A DNA stretch of 64,000 nt from an uncultured Rhabdochlamydiaceae bacterium (GCA_963712275.1 CAVQHD010000001.1:1408001-1472000), one strand, 5' to 3'. Shown: positions 30,449-40,217, counted from the stretch's first letter. Program-made: numbers and translations. Notes: a model not told the origin generated them from the letters alone.

Positions 30449-33400
30449 AAGGCAAGCTCTCGCAGGAGGGAGTCTTTGATATTTTCTGTCTTTCGAAATC
30501 CGTGTTGTTCTTCAGGATAAATCACAAGTTCTGTTTTGATTCCTCGAGCTTTCAGTGCATCGTACATCAGCTGGGTTTGATTGACGGGGACGACGCGGTC
30601 TTCCGCTCCTTGGAAAAAGATCACAGGGCAGTGCAGTTGATTGACATGAAACAGGGGAGACCGCTCTTTATAAATCGCTTGGTCGGCGGGATAAGGGCCG
30701 ATCAGCTCATCGAGGTATCTGGATTCAAATTTATGAGTTTCTTTGGCAAGCGCGGTTAAATCGCTGACGCCGTAATAGCTTGCTCCAACGGTGAAGGTTT
30801 TCCCAAAGGTAAGGGCTGCAAGGGTTGTGTACCCTCCTGCGCTTCCTCCTCGGATGGCAATTTTGCTGGGATCGACTTTTCCTTGGGTAATCAGAAATTG
30901 GGCAGCGGCCTCGCAATCTTCAACGTCGACAATACCCCACTTTTTTTTAAGCGAGTCTCGGTAAGTTCGTCCATAGCCTGTGCTGCCTCCATAGTTTACA
31001 TCGACAACGGCAAAGCCTCTTGATGTCCAAAATTGAATTTTGAGGTCAAAGATGGGGAGGGTGCACGCTGTAGGTCCCCCATGAGAGATGACAAGGAGAG
31101 GAGGGAGGGTGCCTGGAGGGGCGTCCCAATGTTTATTGTGGGGTGGGTAATAAATCGCATAGGCGTCTCTTCCATGGCGGCTAGGGAAAGAAATCGGCTG
31201 GGGAAGGGAGATGTTTTCAGGGTCGAGATGGGGGAGGGGGTTGTGGGTGATAACGGCTGTTTGACCACTTGATCGGTCATACTGGATAATCGATCGGTCT
31301 TCTGTCCCAGAGGCTGCAATGAAATAGGTCGCTTTCTCTGTAGATCGAATTTGGGAATACGAAGTCCAGGGAAGATCGAGGGTGTGCCAAGGAACTAGTT
31401 CTGCCATCGCCCACGTTCCATTTTGGTAATAGGAGCAAACGACAGTCTCTCCTGCAAAGGCGTAAGTTGACATGCCAAAGACCCAATTGGGGAGGCCAAA
31501 TTCAGCGTGCATGGGATGAAGCGGCTCCCAATTTTCACCGTGCTGTCGATAGAGGTTCCACCACCCTGTGCGGTCTGAGACACAGTGAAGAATGCCAGAG
31601 GGAGACCATGAGGGTTGGAAAATCGATTCGTTGGGGCCTCCTGCCGCTTTTTTAAGGTGGGTGATTTCTCCCTCTTGTAAAGAGCCAACCCATAAGGTTG
31701 TTTCATCCCACGGCATATGGGGATGATCCCAAGAGAGGAATGCAATACGTGTTCCATCGGGGCTGATGGCTGGAGATGAATAAAAGTCGTGCCCTGTGGC
31801 GATTTTCTTGAGCGTTTTTGTAGGCAAGTGAAGGGAAAAAAGGAAGTTTTCACCCCCTTCTTCACCTACGCCAATCAGGTAGGATCCAATGGGATGAAGA
31901 TCTGCAGACCGCATGCCTGGCTCAGTGAGGGGATCTGTTTCATGGTAGATCCGTTGATCTTTTTCATTCACATAATAGACTTTTCCTTGAGAGACTGCAA
32001 AAGAAAGGCCTCCGTATTCATGGACCCGGCTCCGACAGCTGAATCCTTCGGGGGTCCGGACGCGGAGCTCTCCTTGAGGGGTTTTTTCCATGACGATCGT
32101 GCGCTGGTTGTCACTGGGGCGAAACTCTTCCCAGTAGAGGGAGGCTCCTTCAACGATCAGATTCCCAAATTTTTTCTGATGGGACGTGAGCCACTCAGGG
32201 GTGATGGGAGAGATCCAATGGCCATAGGGGGCGATTTGTTTCATAGCAGGGGTCCTTTTTGTCATCGATTCAATCAGAGGGGCAATCGAGTCTTTAAATC
32301 GATTGGGGGGCACCCATTGATACGCATCTCTGATTTCTTTTTGGAGTTCGGTATCAAATAAGTATTTTCTCAAAAGAGGCTCTAGCTCATCAAAATGTCG
32401 AATATAGTCTCCGATCCCATACCGCATAATTAGCTGAATGTTGACCTCTTCCCAGCTGAGGATAGGGGAGGTGGTGTCGACGAGAATTGGAAGCCGCATG
32501 GTCATCCCCTCGGTCGTTGTACCGGGGCCTGGTTTAGTGATGAGAAGGTCGGAGATGGCCATCAAGTCGGAGATTTTGGATGTAAATTCCATGATGGTCA
32601 TGGTATTGGTAGGATGGAGCGGAACCTTGCGGAGCTTTAAAGCAAGCTGTTTGTTTTTTCCTGCGCATACAATCAGATGGACCCCTAGTTGAATCGAACC
32701 GATGCGGCGCGCATACTCTAGGGCTTGGGCTCCGCCAGCGCCTCCAATCATGATGAGGACAACAGGTTTATTTGGAGGGATGTTAAACTCATGTTTGAGG
32801 GACGGGGTGTTTTTCGGTGCAAAAAAATCGGTTCGGATCGGAAGTCCTATTGTTTCAATGGCATTATCGGGAATATTTCGTTTGCGGAGCATCTCCCGGC
32901 TGCACCAGAGGTCAGAGCCGACTGTCACTTTAAAAAAAGGGTGCTGAACTCCTTGGAGGCCGTGAACCCATGTCTGCAAATCATTGTCGGTGGTAATGAT
33001 CAGGTAAGGGACTCCACATTTTCTGGCGGCTTCACTGGCGGGGTAGTTGATGAATGGAATGAGCGAAATGACAAGGTCGGGGGTTGTTTCATCGATGTGT
33101 TTTTTAATCACCGCTTCCACTTGCACTTTCTTCGATCGAAAAATTTTAGGGGCGAGGTGGCGAGTGACGAGGTTGACCGACTGGATCCATCCATTTTGCA
33201 GCATCGAATTATAGATTTGTTCCCCTGATTTAAGACCCAAAATCCGGAGCTGATCAATAGGGTAGACAACCTTAAAATCGTACTCATCCCCTAAGAGATT
33301 TTTGAGTGTTTGCGCTGCTGAATTGTGTCCATAGCCTCCATTGCTGCAAAGGACGAGGATCTTTTTTTTATACGGTATACTTGTAGAAGCAACATCGGCT

Positions 33401-33459
33401 GCCTCCACCTTCGTGAAAAGAAGAAGCAAAGCGAAAATGGAAGTCAGACGAAAAAGCAT
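30421..33459 (-). CDS. Apparent fusion of an MGDG-synthase-like GT28 glycosyltransferase and an S9 (acylaminoacyl/dipeptidyl) peptidase
   Basis: N-half GGYGHNSAA, GLPIR, LLITKPGPGT; C-half starts MKQIAPYGHW (ATG 32244) with HGGPT, GGSAGG, EDRVV, EQHGF. Confidence 0.8.
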   Translation of the reverse strand: MLFRLTSIFALLLLFTKVEAADVASTSIPYKKKILVLCSNGGYGHNSAAQTLKNLLGDEYDFKVVYPIDQLRILGLKSGEQIYNSMLQNGWIQSVNLVTRHLAPKIFRSKKVQVEAVIKKHIDETTPDLVISLIPFINYPASEAARKCGVPYLIITTDNDLQTWVHGLQGVQHPFFKVTVGSDLWCSREMLRKRNIPDNAIETIGLPIRTDFFAPKNTPSLKHEFNIPPNKPVVLIMIGGAGGAQALEYARRIGSIQLGVHLIVCAGKNKQLALKLRKVPLHPTNTMTIMEFTSKISDLMAISDLLITKPGPGTTTEGMTMRLPILVDTTSPILSWEEVNIQLIMRYGIGDYIRHFDELEPLLRKYLFDTELQKEIRDAYQWVPPNRFKDSIAPLIESMTKRTPAMKQIAPYGHWISPITPEWLTSHQKKFGNLIVEGASLYWEEFRPSDNQRTIVMEKTPQGELRVRTPEGFSCRSRVHEYGGLSFAVSQGKVYYVNEKDQRIYHETDPLTEPGMRSADLHPIGSYLIGVGEEGGENFLFSLHLPTKTLKKIATGHDFYSSPAISPDGTRIAFLSWDHPHMPWDETTLWVGSLQEGEITHLKKAAGGPNESIFQPSWSPSGILHCVSDRTGWWNLYRQHGENWEPLHPMHAEFGLPNWVFGMSTYAFAGETVVCSYYQNGTWAMAELVPWHTLDLPWTSYSQIRSTEKATYFIAASGTEDRSIIQYDRSSGQTAVITHNPLPHLDPENISLPQPISFPSRHGRDAYAIYYPPHNKHWDAPPGTLPPLLVISHGGPTACTLPIFDLKIQFWTSRGFAVVDVNYGGSTGYGRTYRDSLKKKWGIVDVEDCEAAAQFLITQGKVDPSKIAIRGGSAGGYTTLAALTFGKTFTVGASYYGVSDLTALAKETHKFESRYLDELIGPYPADQAIYKERSPLFHVNQLHCPVIFFQGAEDRVVPVNQTQLMYDALKARGIKTELVIYPEEQHGFRKTENIKDSLLRELAFYLDVWEGS

Positions 33460-33560
33460 GCTTGTTAAAATATCTTGTTTTTCCTGATCTGAGCAAGTTT
33501 TTTGTTCCTGCGAGCTTCCTCCTCTACCAAAAAAAGTGCCGTTTTGCTATATACAGGAGC

Positions 33561-34598
33561 ATGAGAACCTGGATTATTTCAGCTGTTTTAGCGGTGGGGT
33601 CATTGACAGTTGTTCCGTCATGTCAGAGCATCTTTCACTCCCATCCTGTTTTACACCCCTCAAAAATAGGGATTGCAACGATCCGTTTTTTTGATGAAAG
33701 CCGCAGCCGCCCCTTGATCACAGAGGTGTGGTACCCTGTAGAGGAGGCGAGCCCGGCCGATCAGGTGGAAGGGTTGTGGGTTCGGTGTCCGGAAGCGCGC
33801 GATGCGCCTCTTAAAGCTTCAACAAAGAAATACCCCCTTATCGTGATGTCGCATGGCAACGGAGGGGACCGTATGCATAATGCCTGGATTGCAGAGACGC
33901 TTGCTGCAAACGGCTATATCGTCGCCTCGATGGATCACCACGGTAATACTTGGAACAATAAAATTGCAGAAAGTTTTGTCAAAATCTGGGAACGGCCGAA
34001 AGATGTGAGTTTTGTGATAGATCAACTTCTTGAGCAGGAGAAGTTCGGGCCTTATATTAACCATGCCAAGATTGGATTTGTTGGCTATTCGCTGGGAGGA
34101 CATACGGGGATTTGGATTGCAGGGGGGAAGGTGTGCGAGTTTGACAAACCTGACTTGACCTCTATTCCTGCTGACCAACTGCCTGATATTGTCAATGAAG
34201 AGATTATTAATTCGATTGACTTTACACCTGCCCGAGAATCGTATCGCGACCCCCGTGTTTCAGCTGTGTTTGTTATGGCGCCTGCGTTAGGCTACCTCTT
34301 TGATCTGACAAGTCTGCAGTCGATTTCTGTTCCTGTTCATATTGTGGCCTCTGAAGGAGACAAGGTCGTTCCCAGCGATTCCAACGCAAAGCTCTTAGCC
34401 TCTAAAATCAAAAAAGCTGCCTTGACGCTTATTCCTGGAAGCGCAAGTCATTATGTCTTTATGAACCAAGTGACAAAAGGGGGAAAGTTGCTTCTCGACA
34501 AACGGGTCGCCCTCGACCCCCCTAGTGTTGACCGGAGCAAAATCCACCAAGAGATCAGCCTTTCAGCTATCCACTTTTTCAACGAGCATTTGAAGTAG
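33561..34598 (+). CDS. Alpha/beta hydrolase (PAF-AH/dienelactone-hydrolase-like), likely exported
   Basis: VWYP, SHGNGG, ERPKDVSFVID, GYSLGG; AGGAG RBS before ATG 33561. Confidence 0.85.
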   Translation: MRTWIISAVLAVGSLTVVPSCQSIFHSHPVLHPSKIGIATIRFFDESRSRPLITEVWYPVEEASPADQVEGLWVRCPEARDAPLKASTKKYPLIVMSHGNGGDRMHNAWIAETLAANGYIVASMDHHGNTWNNKIAESFVKIWERPKDVSFVIDQLLEQEKFGPYINHAKIGFVGYSLGGHTGIWIAGGKVCEFDKPDLTSIPADQLPDIVNEEIINSIDFTPARESYRDPRVSAVFVMAPALGYLFDLTSLQSISVPVHIVASEGDKVVPSDSNAKLLASKIKKAALTLIPGSASHYVFMNQVTKGGKLLLDKRVALDPPSVDRSKIHQEISLSAIHFFNEHLK

Positions 34599-34623
34599 TA
34601 GGGGAGCTTATCCTCAAGCGAAC

Positions 34624-35127
34624 ATGGAAAAATATGCGATTCTTCTAGGGTACTTTGATAAACAATTCTCACTTATAAGAAAGCTCTATAACGAAATCAT
34701 GACCGTAGATGTTTCCATCTATGATAAACGTTTTTTATTTGCAATCAGGACTCAACAATTTTATACGGCCATTGAGGATCTTTTTAAACAAATTGCAAAA
34801 TCTTTTGAAAACCACATCGAAAATATGGACAACTTTCATAAAGAGATCCTTGCTAGGATGAATACTGAGGTTCCCAAAATAAGACCTGCAGTGATTTTTC
34901 ATGAAAGTTTTATCCTTCTTGATAAGATGCGAGCTTTTCGTCAATTCATTTGGAATGCCTATGACTGCGAGCTTGATCAGAATGAACTTCTTCTTTTGCA
35001 GGATAAATTAAAAAAAGAATACATCCATGTGGAAGATGATTTAAAAAAGTTTAGGTCATTTATCCGTTTGACACAAACTTGTGTCAACTTGAGATTGACA
35101 CAAGTTTGTGTCAAAAGGAAAAACTAA
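34624..35127 (+). CDS. HepT-like HEPN ribonuclease toxin homolog, apparently degenerate and orphan
   Basis: FYTAIE..IA, FHKEILARM..RPAVI, RAFRQFIWNAY (expected FRHxxRHxY). Confidence 0.7.
   Translation: MEKYAILLGYFDKQFSLIRKLYNEIMTVDVSIYDKRFLFAIRTQQFYTAIEDLFKQIAKSFENHIENMDNFHKEILARMNTEVPKIRPAVIFHESFILLDKMRAFRQFIWNAYDCELDQNELLLLQDKLKKEYIHVEDDLKKFRSFIRLTQTCVNLRLTQVCVKRKN
35067..35115. repeat. Doubly nested palindrome: two TTGACAC-N6-GTGTCAA units in inverted orientation
   Basis: tttgacacaaacttgtgtcaa-cttgaga-ttgacacaagtttgtgtcaaa. Confidence 0.85.
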
Positions 35128-35131
35128 CCCA

Positions 35132-35443
35132 ATGCTGAAAGAGACAAGTGCAGGAGTGGTTATCTCCATTAAAGTAATACCTAAATCGCATCGCAATGAG
35201 ATTGTTGGGTGGGAAAATGGGGAGCTAAAGGTGAGGATTACAGCGGCTCCTGAGAAGGGGAATGCAAATGAGGCATTGATCCGCTTTCTTGCAAAATACT
35301 TCCATCTTTCTCCCTCGTGCTTAACTCTAGTTTACGGGCCTGCCAGCAGGCATAAGCGCATCTGTATTTCTGGGTTAACTTTGAAAGAAGCTTCTCAGGC
35401 TCTTTCTATGGTTTTATCAGATGAGAAGCAGAGCGAGAGATAA
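35132..35443 (+). CDS. DUF167 (YggU/UPF0235) family protein
   Basis: IKVIPKS..LKVRITAAPEKGNANEALI..G..SRHK. Confidence 0.9.
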   Translation: MLKETSAGVVISIKVIPKSHRNEIVGWENGELKVRITAAPEKGNANEALIRFLAKYFHLSPSCLTLVYGPASRHKRICISGLTLKEASQALSMVLSDEKQSER

Positions 35444-35451
35444 AAGTTTCG

Positions 35452-36567
35452 TTACTTTTCGTCTTGTTTGAAGAAGTCCCTTGCATGTTGAATGAGTTTA
35501 TTTGTGACGTTTGGATCGATTTGAAGCTCTTCCATGCCCTCCTCAAAGACACCGCCTAGGATTAATCGATCGCTCCATGGATATAAGGTCATCCAATAGC
35601 CAGGGTCTTCGGGGGTGTTTTGATACATGGTATAATCAACCTCTTCTTGAGGCTGAAAATAGACCAATTGTCCTCGAATAGGAGTAAACTCTTTGTCATT
35701 GAAAAGATTTCTGGATCCTAAACTAGTACAGTTGATGATGATTTTTTCGTCTAAAGCTTCAACTTCAGCCTTGTTGGAGAAGTGTTTGTGATAAATCACA
35801 GCTCCTTTAGCTTTGACTTTAGCATACAAATCATTCATGAATATTTGCCCATCTAACCCAATCACATGTTTTTGTTTTCCGATTTTGGTAACCCCATTAT
35901 CAAAATGAACTCTGACGACTTTGTTTTCAGAAGGAATTTCTTGAAAATGACTTGGGAGACTCTCTCCTTTTTTAAAGGTATAGCCAGTGAGGATCCTGAT
36001 TCCAGCAAATTCTGGGGCTTCAGAAGAGGTGCTCATTCTAAAACGTTTTTCAGAAATATCTAACAGCTTTGCGATCAGTTTCTTTTGTGTTTCATCTGGG
36101 CTGGTAGGGGGGCTCCAGATACCAGCAGCCACATTGGAGGCCAGATTGGGAGCAAACTCATCAGCGTAGATGTGGACGGCATATCCTTGGTTTAAGAGTT
36201 CGTAAGCTGTTGCCAGTCCAATCACACCGGCGCCAAGAACAGCTACCTGGTGGTAGGAGACTAGCTGAGGTTTGTTGGTTTTCTCTTGGGTTAAGATAGA
36301 AAGAACTTCTTCCGCGCCTCCCCAGCACAGGGTTAATCCCGAGCCGCCATATCCGTAATTATGGATCAATACCTTGCCTTGCATGAGCTCAGGCTCTAAA
36401 CGAATCCCTGACTTACGGTAGGGACGAACGCCTACATTAAAGCCCATGATAGATTCATCAGAAAAATTAGGGGCTTTAAGATAGATGTCTTCAATGAGGG
36501 GTTCTGAATTCCCATAAACGAGCTGCCAAGCGCAGCTCAAAGTGAGTAAGAATGATAATTTTTTCAT
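35452..36567 (-). CDS. D-amino-acid-oxidase-like FAD oxidoreductase with permuted motif order and a signal peptide
   Basis: VGVRPYR and HNYGYGGSG precede VAVLGAGVIGL; ASNVAAG, IINCTSLG, PIRGQ. Confidence 0.85.
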   Translation of the reverse strand: MKKLSFLLTLSCAWQLVYGNSEPLIEDIYLKAPNFSDESIMGFNVGVRPYRKSGIRLEPELMQGKVLIHNYGYGGSGLTLCWGGAEEVLSILTQEKTNKPQLVSYHQVAVLGAGVIGLATAYELLNQGYAVHIYADEFAPNLASNVAAGIWSPPTSPDETQKKLIAKLLDISEKRFRMSTSSEAPEFAGIRILTGYTFKKGESLPSHFQEIPSENKVVRVHFDNGVTKIGKQKHVIGLDGQIFMNDLYAKVKAKGAVIYHKHFSNKAEVEALDEKIIINCTSLGSRNLFNDKEFTPIRGQLVYFQPQEEVDYTMYQNTPEDPGYWMTLYPWSDRLILGGVFEEGMEELQIDPNVTNKLIQHARDFFKQDEK

Positions 36568-36574
36568 AAAGCCG

Positions 36575-36757
36575 TTATAGCTCCGGGTGAATTTTTAAAA
36601 AACGGGTGATCATAGCATTATCGCCAAACTTTCTCAACGTTTCAAGCTGATGGGTAAAAAAGCGATGATCTGAGCCTGCATTATGAATCAGAACAAAGTT
36701 CAAATTCCCAGTGCCGGCAAGCTTTTCTACAAAAATTTCAGTCCCATCGATATTCAT
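36575..36757 (-). pseudogene. Truncated alpha/beta hydrolase N-terminal fragment
   Basis: FVLIHNAGSDHRFF resembles a hydrolase start, but the ORF ends after 60 aa. Confidence 0.55.
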
Positions 36758-36835
36758 TAAGTTTCGCCTTAAGGAGTGCGAGAATTCTCGTGTTATTGGT
36801 TCAAATCAATATAATACACATTTGGAGGGAAAACA

Positions 36836-37510
36836 ATGGCTTCTTTTTCTGAGACAATCGGAATTGTTGGTGGCGCTGGTCCGATAGCTAGCGCTTTTCT
36901 CTACACATCAATCCTAGAAATTTGCCAAAAACAATACAACGCCAATGACTACAACGAATTTCCTGAAATAGTACTTGTCTCTTATCCTTTCACTCGCGGT
37001 AATGAAGAAAAAATTCGAGAAGAAATATCTATTTGTCTATCAAAACTGAAAATTGCTGGAGCTTCTCTCTTTTGCGTCGCTTCCAATTCTTTCCATGGAT
37101 TTCTACCGGAATTGCCAAAAGCCGGCTTTGTGAATCTCGTAACCGAGGGTTTGAAAGAGGCGGCTCATCATTGTATCTCCAAAGCCCTGATTTTAGCCGC
37201 GCCGATGACGATTAATTTGAAGCTTTATGAGCAGTCTGCCGTTCAGTGTCTTTATCCCTCATCAAAAGAACAACAGCAAGTAAATCAATTAATCCGAGAG
37301 ATCGCTGGAGGAAAAGTGGAAGAAGGTCAGGCTCAAGAGCTGAGAAAGATGATCTCGCAGATTCACGAGCACCATCGCTTTGATGGCATTATCATTGCTT
37401 GCACCGAACTGCCATTGCTGCACAAAAAGATGCCGTTCTCTAGTACTCTTCCCGTTGTTAATACGGTTGAAGTGTTGGCTAAACAATTGGTAACACTTGC
37501 TTGTGTCTAA
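36836..37510 (+). CDS. Aspartate/glutamate racemase family protein
   Basis: IGIVGGAGP, ASNSFH, IIACTELP; GGAGG RBS. Confidence 0.85.
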   Translation: MASFSETIGIVGGAGPIASAFLYTSILEICQKQYNANDYNEFPEIVLVSYPFTRGNEEKIREEISICLSKLKIAGASLFCVASNSFHGFLPELPKAGFVNLVTEGLKEAAHHCISKALILAAPMTINLKLYEQSAVQCLYPSSKEQQQVNQLIREIAGGKVEEGQAQELRKMISQIHEHHRFDGIIIACTELPLLHKKMPFSSTLPVVNTVEVLAKQLVTLACV

Positions 37511-37550
37511 GCTCCTTAAAGAGAGGCGAAGGCCAAAATTTCATATGACA

Positions 37551-37572
37551 GAGGGGGTTTTGCAATTCCCTC
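37551..37572. repeat. Collapsed family A scar
   Basis: GAGGGGGTTTTGCAATTCCCTC is a left end fused to a right end of family A. Confidence 0.65.
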
Positions 37573-37619
37573 CAAGACAATTTATTTGAAGAAAGTCTCC
37601 TTAACCACTAAGACTATTA

Positions 37620-37898
37620 GTGGTTACAGAGAATACCTTTAAAAATCCCCAAGAAATTTCCCCCGAATCTCTTTTGTTCGATGAAGCCGATCAAAGAGCC
37701 CTCCGAGCGAGCGTTATTGGCACTGCAGATTCCTTGAGCTTAGTCACTTCCCTCCGCACCCAAAACCTGGTCTTCCCAGCTCTCGAACTCTACTGGAAGC
37801 ACCAGCGAGGCCTCTTCTTTTCACTTGGCTACAATGGTCAGTTTGGGAAATGGTACCGAAATAACGAGCTTGCAGCCAAACTGGGGCTCAGTTTCTAA
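37620..37898 (+). pseudogene. Probable remnant of an autotransporter/outer-membrane beta-barrel C-terminus
   Basis: Ends FFSLGYNGQFG..NELAAKLGLSF (alternating beta-strand, terminal Phe); far too short for a full barrel; lies just after an element scar. Confidence 0.5.
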
Positions 37899-37921
37899 TT
37901 CTGAAAATGTCTTTGAGGATA

Positions 37922-38004
37922 TGCCCAGGATAGGACTCGAACCTACACACCTTGTGGGTAACAGAACCTAAATCTGTTGTGTCTACCAATTCCACCACCT
38001 GGGC
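37922..38004 (-). tRNA. tRNA-Leu(TAG)
   Basis: GCCCAGG acceptor, anticodon arm ACAGA-TTTAGGT-TCTGT, long variable arm, GGTTCGAGTCC. Confidence 0.95.
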
Positions 38005-38047
38005 AAAGAGGGATAGAATACCGTTTAGAAGGGGTAATCGTCAAGAA

Positions 38048-38644
38048 TTATGTGCCAAAAAATCGGTCGCCAAAATCTCCTAAACCGGGGACGATGAACG
38101 CTTGGGTATTGAGCTCGGGATCTTCGGCGGCGAGGATGAGGCGCACCTCTGGAAATCTTTTTTTGAGATGCTGGATACCGGGGGTGGCGCCAATAATTCC
38201 GACAAGGGTGATTTGGGAGGGGGGGACATGGGTTGATAGTTGGTTAAGCGCAAGGAGGGAGCTTCCGGCAGTTGCAATCATAGGGTCTAAAAGAAAAAGG
38301 TGGTCCGTGGGTTGAAGCACAGGGATGTTTTCATAATAAAGATGAGGTTTGGCTGTGGCCTCATCTCGCCTAATGCCGAAAAAACCGATGGGAGCGTATG
38401 GGAAGAGCTTTAAGAATGCAGGCAGAAGAGCGAGCCCTGAACGCAAAATAGGGATAAGAATAACCCGTCCTTGAAGCAAAGCTCCGGGGGCTTGTCCTAG
38501 AGAGGTTTCAACGAGGGTGTTTTTTGAGTGAATGTGATGGGAGGCTTGGGCAGCTAGAAGGTCTGAGAGTTCGAGGGCAGCTAATCGAAATTGTTGAAGA
38601 GGAGTGTCTTTACTTCTCAGCTGGGTTAATAAGATATTTTGCAA
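38048..38644 (-). CDS. upp: Uracil phosphoribosyltransferase
   Basis: PILRSG, RDEAT, LDPMIATAGS, IVPGLGDFGDRFFGT. Confidence 0.95.
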   Translation of the reverse strand: MQNILLTQLRSKDTPLQQFRLAALELSDLLAAQASHHIHSKNTLVETSLGQAPGALLQGRVILIPILRSGLALLPAFLKLFPYAPIGFFGIRRDEATAKPHLYYENIPVLQPTDHLFLLDPMIATAGSSLLALNQLSTHVPPSQITLVGIIGATPGIQHLKKRFPEVRLILAAEDPELNTQAFIVPGLGDFGDRFFGT

Positions 38645-38647
38645 GAG

Positions 38648-39097
38648 TTACTCTGGCTGGTAAACAGGGTGGACTGGAAACCCTTGCTCTCGAAGGGCAA
38701 AGATCGCATTTGCGACGGGTTCCCACCGCGCATTTCGGTCGATATGCAGAAGAATTTTAGTTTGCTCGGGGTCTTTTGGAATGAGCCCTAGCTGTTGCTG
38801 CTTCTGGAGCTCTTTTTGGACACTGGCGGTGCTTTCCATCAAAAATTCGCTTACCTCCGTGATCCATTTATAGTGCCCTTCTTCGGTGATTCCAATATTC
38901 AAGACATACGGTTGGTCTGTCGTAGGTGTTTTTTTCTCTGCATTTACTTTAACTAAATTCACCTCGGTGTCATAAAGAACTGCGCGGGTTACTGCAAGGG
39001 TTGCAAATACCGCCACAATGACAAAGAGAAAGTCAACCATGGGTGCAAGGTTTAAAGAGGCAGCTTTTTTGAGCTCTTCGTCAGGAATCAGGCTCAT
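38648..39097 (-). CDS. exbD: ExbD/TolR-family protein
   Basis: LNLAPMVDFLFV TM motif. Confidence 0.8.
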   Translation of the reverse strand: MSLIPDEELKKAASLNLAPMVDFLFVIVAVFATLAVTRAVLYDTEVNLVKVNAEKKTPTTDQPYVLNIGITEEGHYKWITEVSEFLMESTASVQKELQKQQQLGLIPKDPEQTKILLHIDRNARWEPVANAIFALREQGFPVHPVYQPE

Positions 39098-40065
39098 GGA
39101 GCTCCTTGGATATCGGTGGTGGCAATCATCTGAGCAAGATCTTGCGCCTCGTTTTCCACCACGGTAAGTTGCCGCATGAGGCGGTATTTTGTGATAGCGT
39201 GGAAAAGAAGAGCTAGAATCGCCACGACAAGCCCTCCAACGGTCGTTCCAACAGAGATTCCAAGGCCGTCGAAAAGAGCAGAGATGCTCTCTTCAGACCG
39301 ATTGAGATCATAGAAGGCATAAAACATTCCCAAAACGGTTCCTAAAAGACCTAGCATGGGAGCAATGATTGCAATATCGTTGAGAAGATTGATTTTCTGC
39401 CAAAACGAAGTGCTTATTCGGCGCCCTTCTGCTTTCATCATTTCAAACATCGCAGAAGATCCTTGCCCCCGGCTTCTAAGAGCGGTCGCAACCATTCCAG
39501 AAAGCAGCGTCGGATGTTCCTGGCACGTCTTGAGCGCTAAATCATAAGAGCGGCTCTGCAGTTGATCTTTCAGAGTTTGGAGTTGTAGCATGGGAATAAG
39601 CTCTGGAGAGCGTAAACTTAAAAGCGCATAGGCCCAAATGCCCACACTGGCAATTGAGAGAGCAAGTAAGATGGAGTAAATCGTTGGAGAACCCGCAAAA
39701 ACCTGTCCTAGATCAATAACGATTCCACTGGAATTCACCTCTGCAGCAACCTCATTTTCTTCTTTTATAAGAGCTGCGAGGTCATCTTCTGGGTCAAGCT
39801 CGAGTTGTTGAGCCGTTGGAGCCGGAAGCTCTGCGGTGGATGGCAGGGGAGTGGCAATAGGCATTTCAACGGGAGGAACCTCGGTGGAAAGGTGGACATC
39901 CTGGGTGGGTAGTAAAGTAGCTTCTGCAGTAGAGGCTTGGGAGGCTTCGGAGATTGGGGTGATAATTTCAGCTGGTTGGATTGAAGACTGTGGCACAGAT
40001 TCCTGCAGGGGTTCTTCAGCTCCCACAATCGCAAAACAACTGATCAATACCGCTAGTTTTTTCAT
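39094..40065 (-). CDS. exbB: ExbB/TolQ/MotA-family proton channel with an acidic N-terminal extension
   Basis: APMLGLLGTVLGM, GISVGTTVGGLVVAI. Confidence 0.85.
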   Translation of the reverse strand: MKKLAVLISCFAIVGAEEPLQESVPQSSIQPAEIITPISEASQASTAEATLLPTQDVHLSTEVPPVEMPIATPLPSTAELPAPTAQQLELDPEDDLAALIKEENEVAAEVNSSGIVIDLGQVFAGSPTIYSILLALSIASVGIWAYALLSLRSPELIPMLQLQTLKDQLQSRSYDLALKTCQEHPTLLSGMVATALRSRGQGSSAMFEMMKAEGRRISTSFWQKINLLNDIAIIAPMLGLLGTVLGMFYAFYDLNRSEESISALFDGLGISVGTTVGGLVVAILALLFHAITKYRLMRQLTVVENEAQDLAQMIATTDIQGAP

Positions 40066-40217
40066 TTGAGAAGTCCTTCGTTAAAAAACAACCTCAACAT
40101 ACCAAGCTGCCCTGATCTTCGTCAAGCGCTCTTTAAGAGCTGTTCCAGGACCCTGGACTCATTCTCCCTATTAAGAAAAATATAGGAATCGCAAGGGTAG
40201 CTTTTGCTTAAAGCTGT

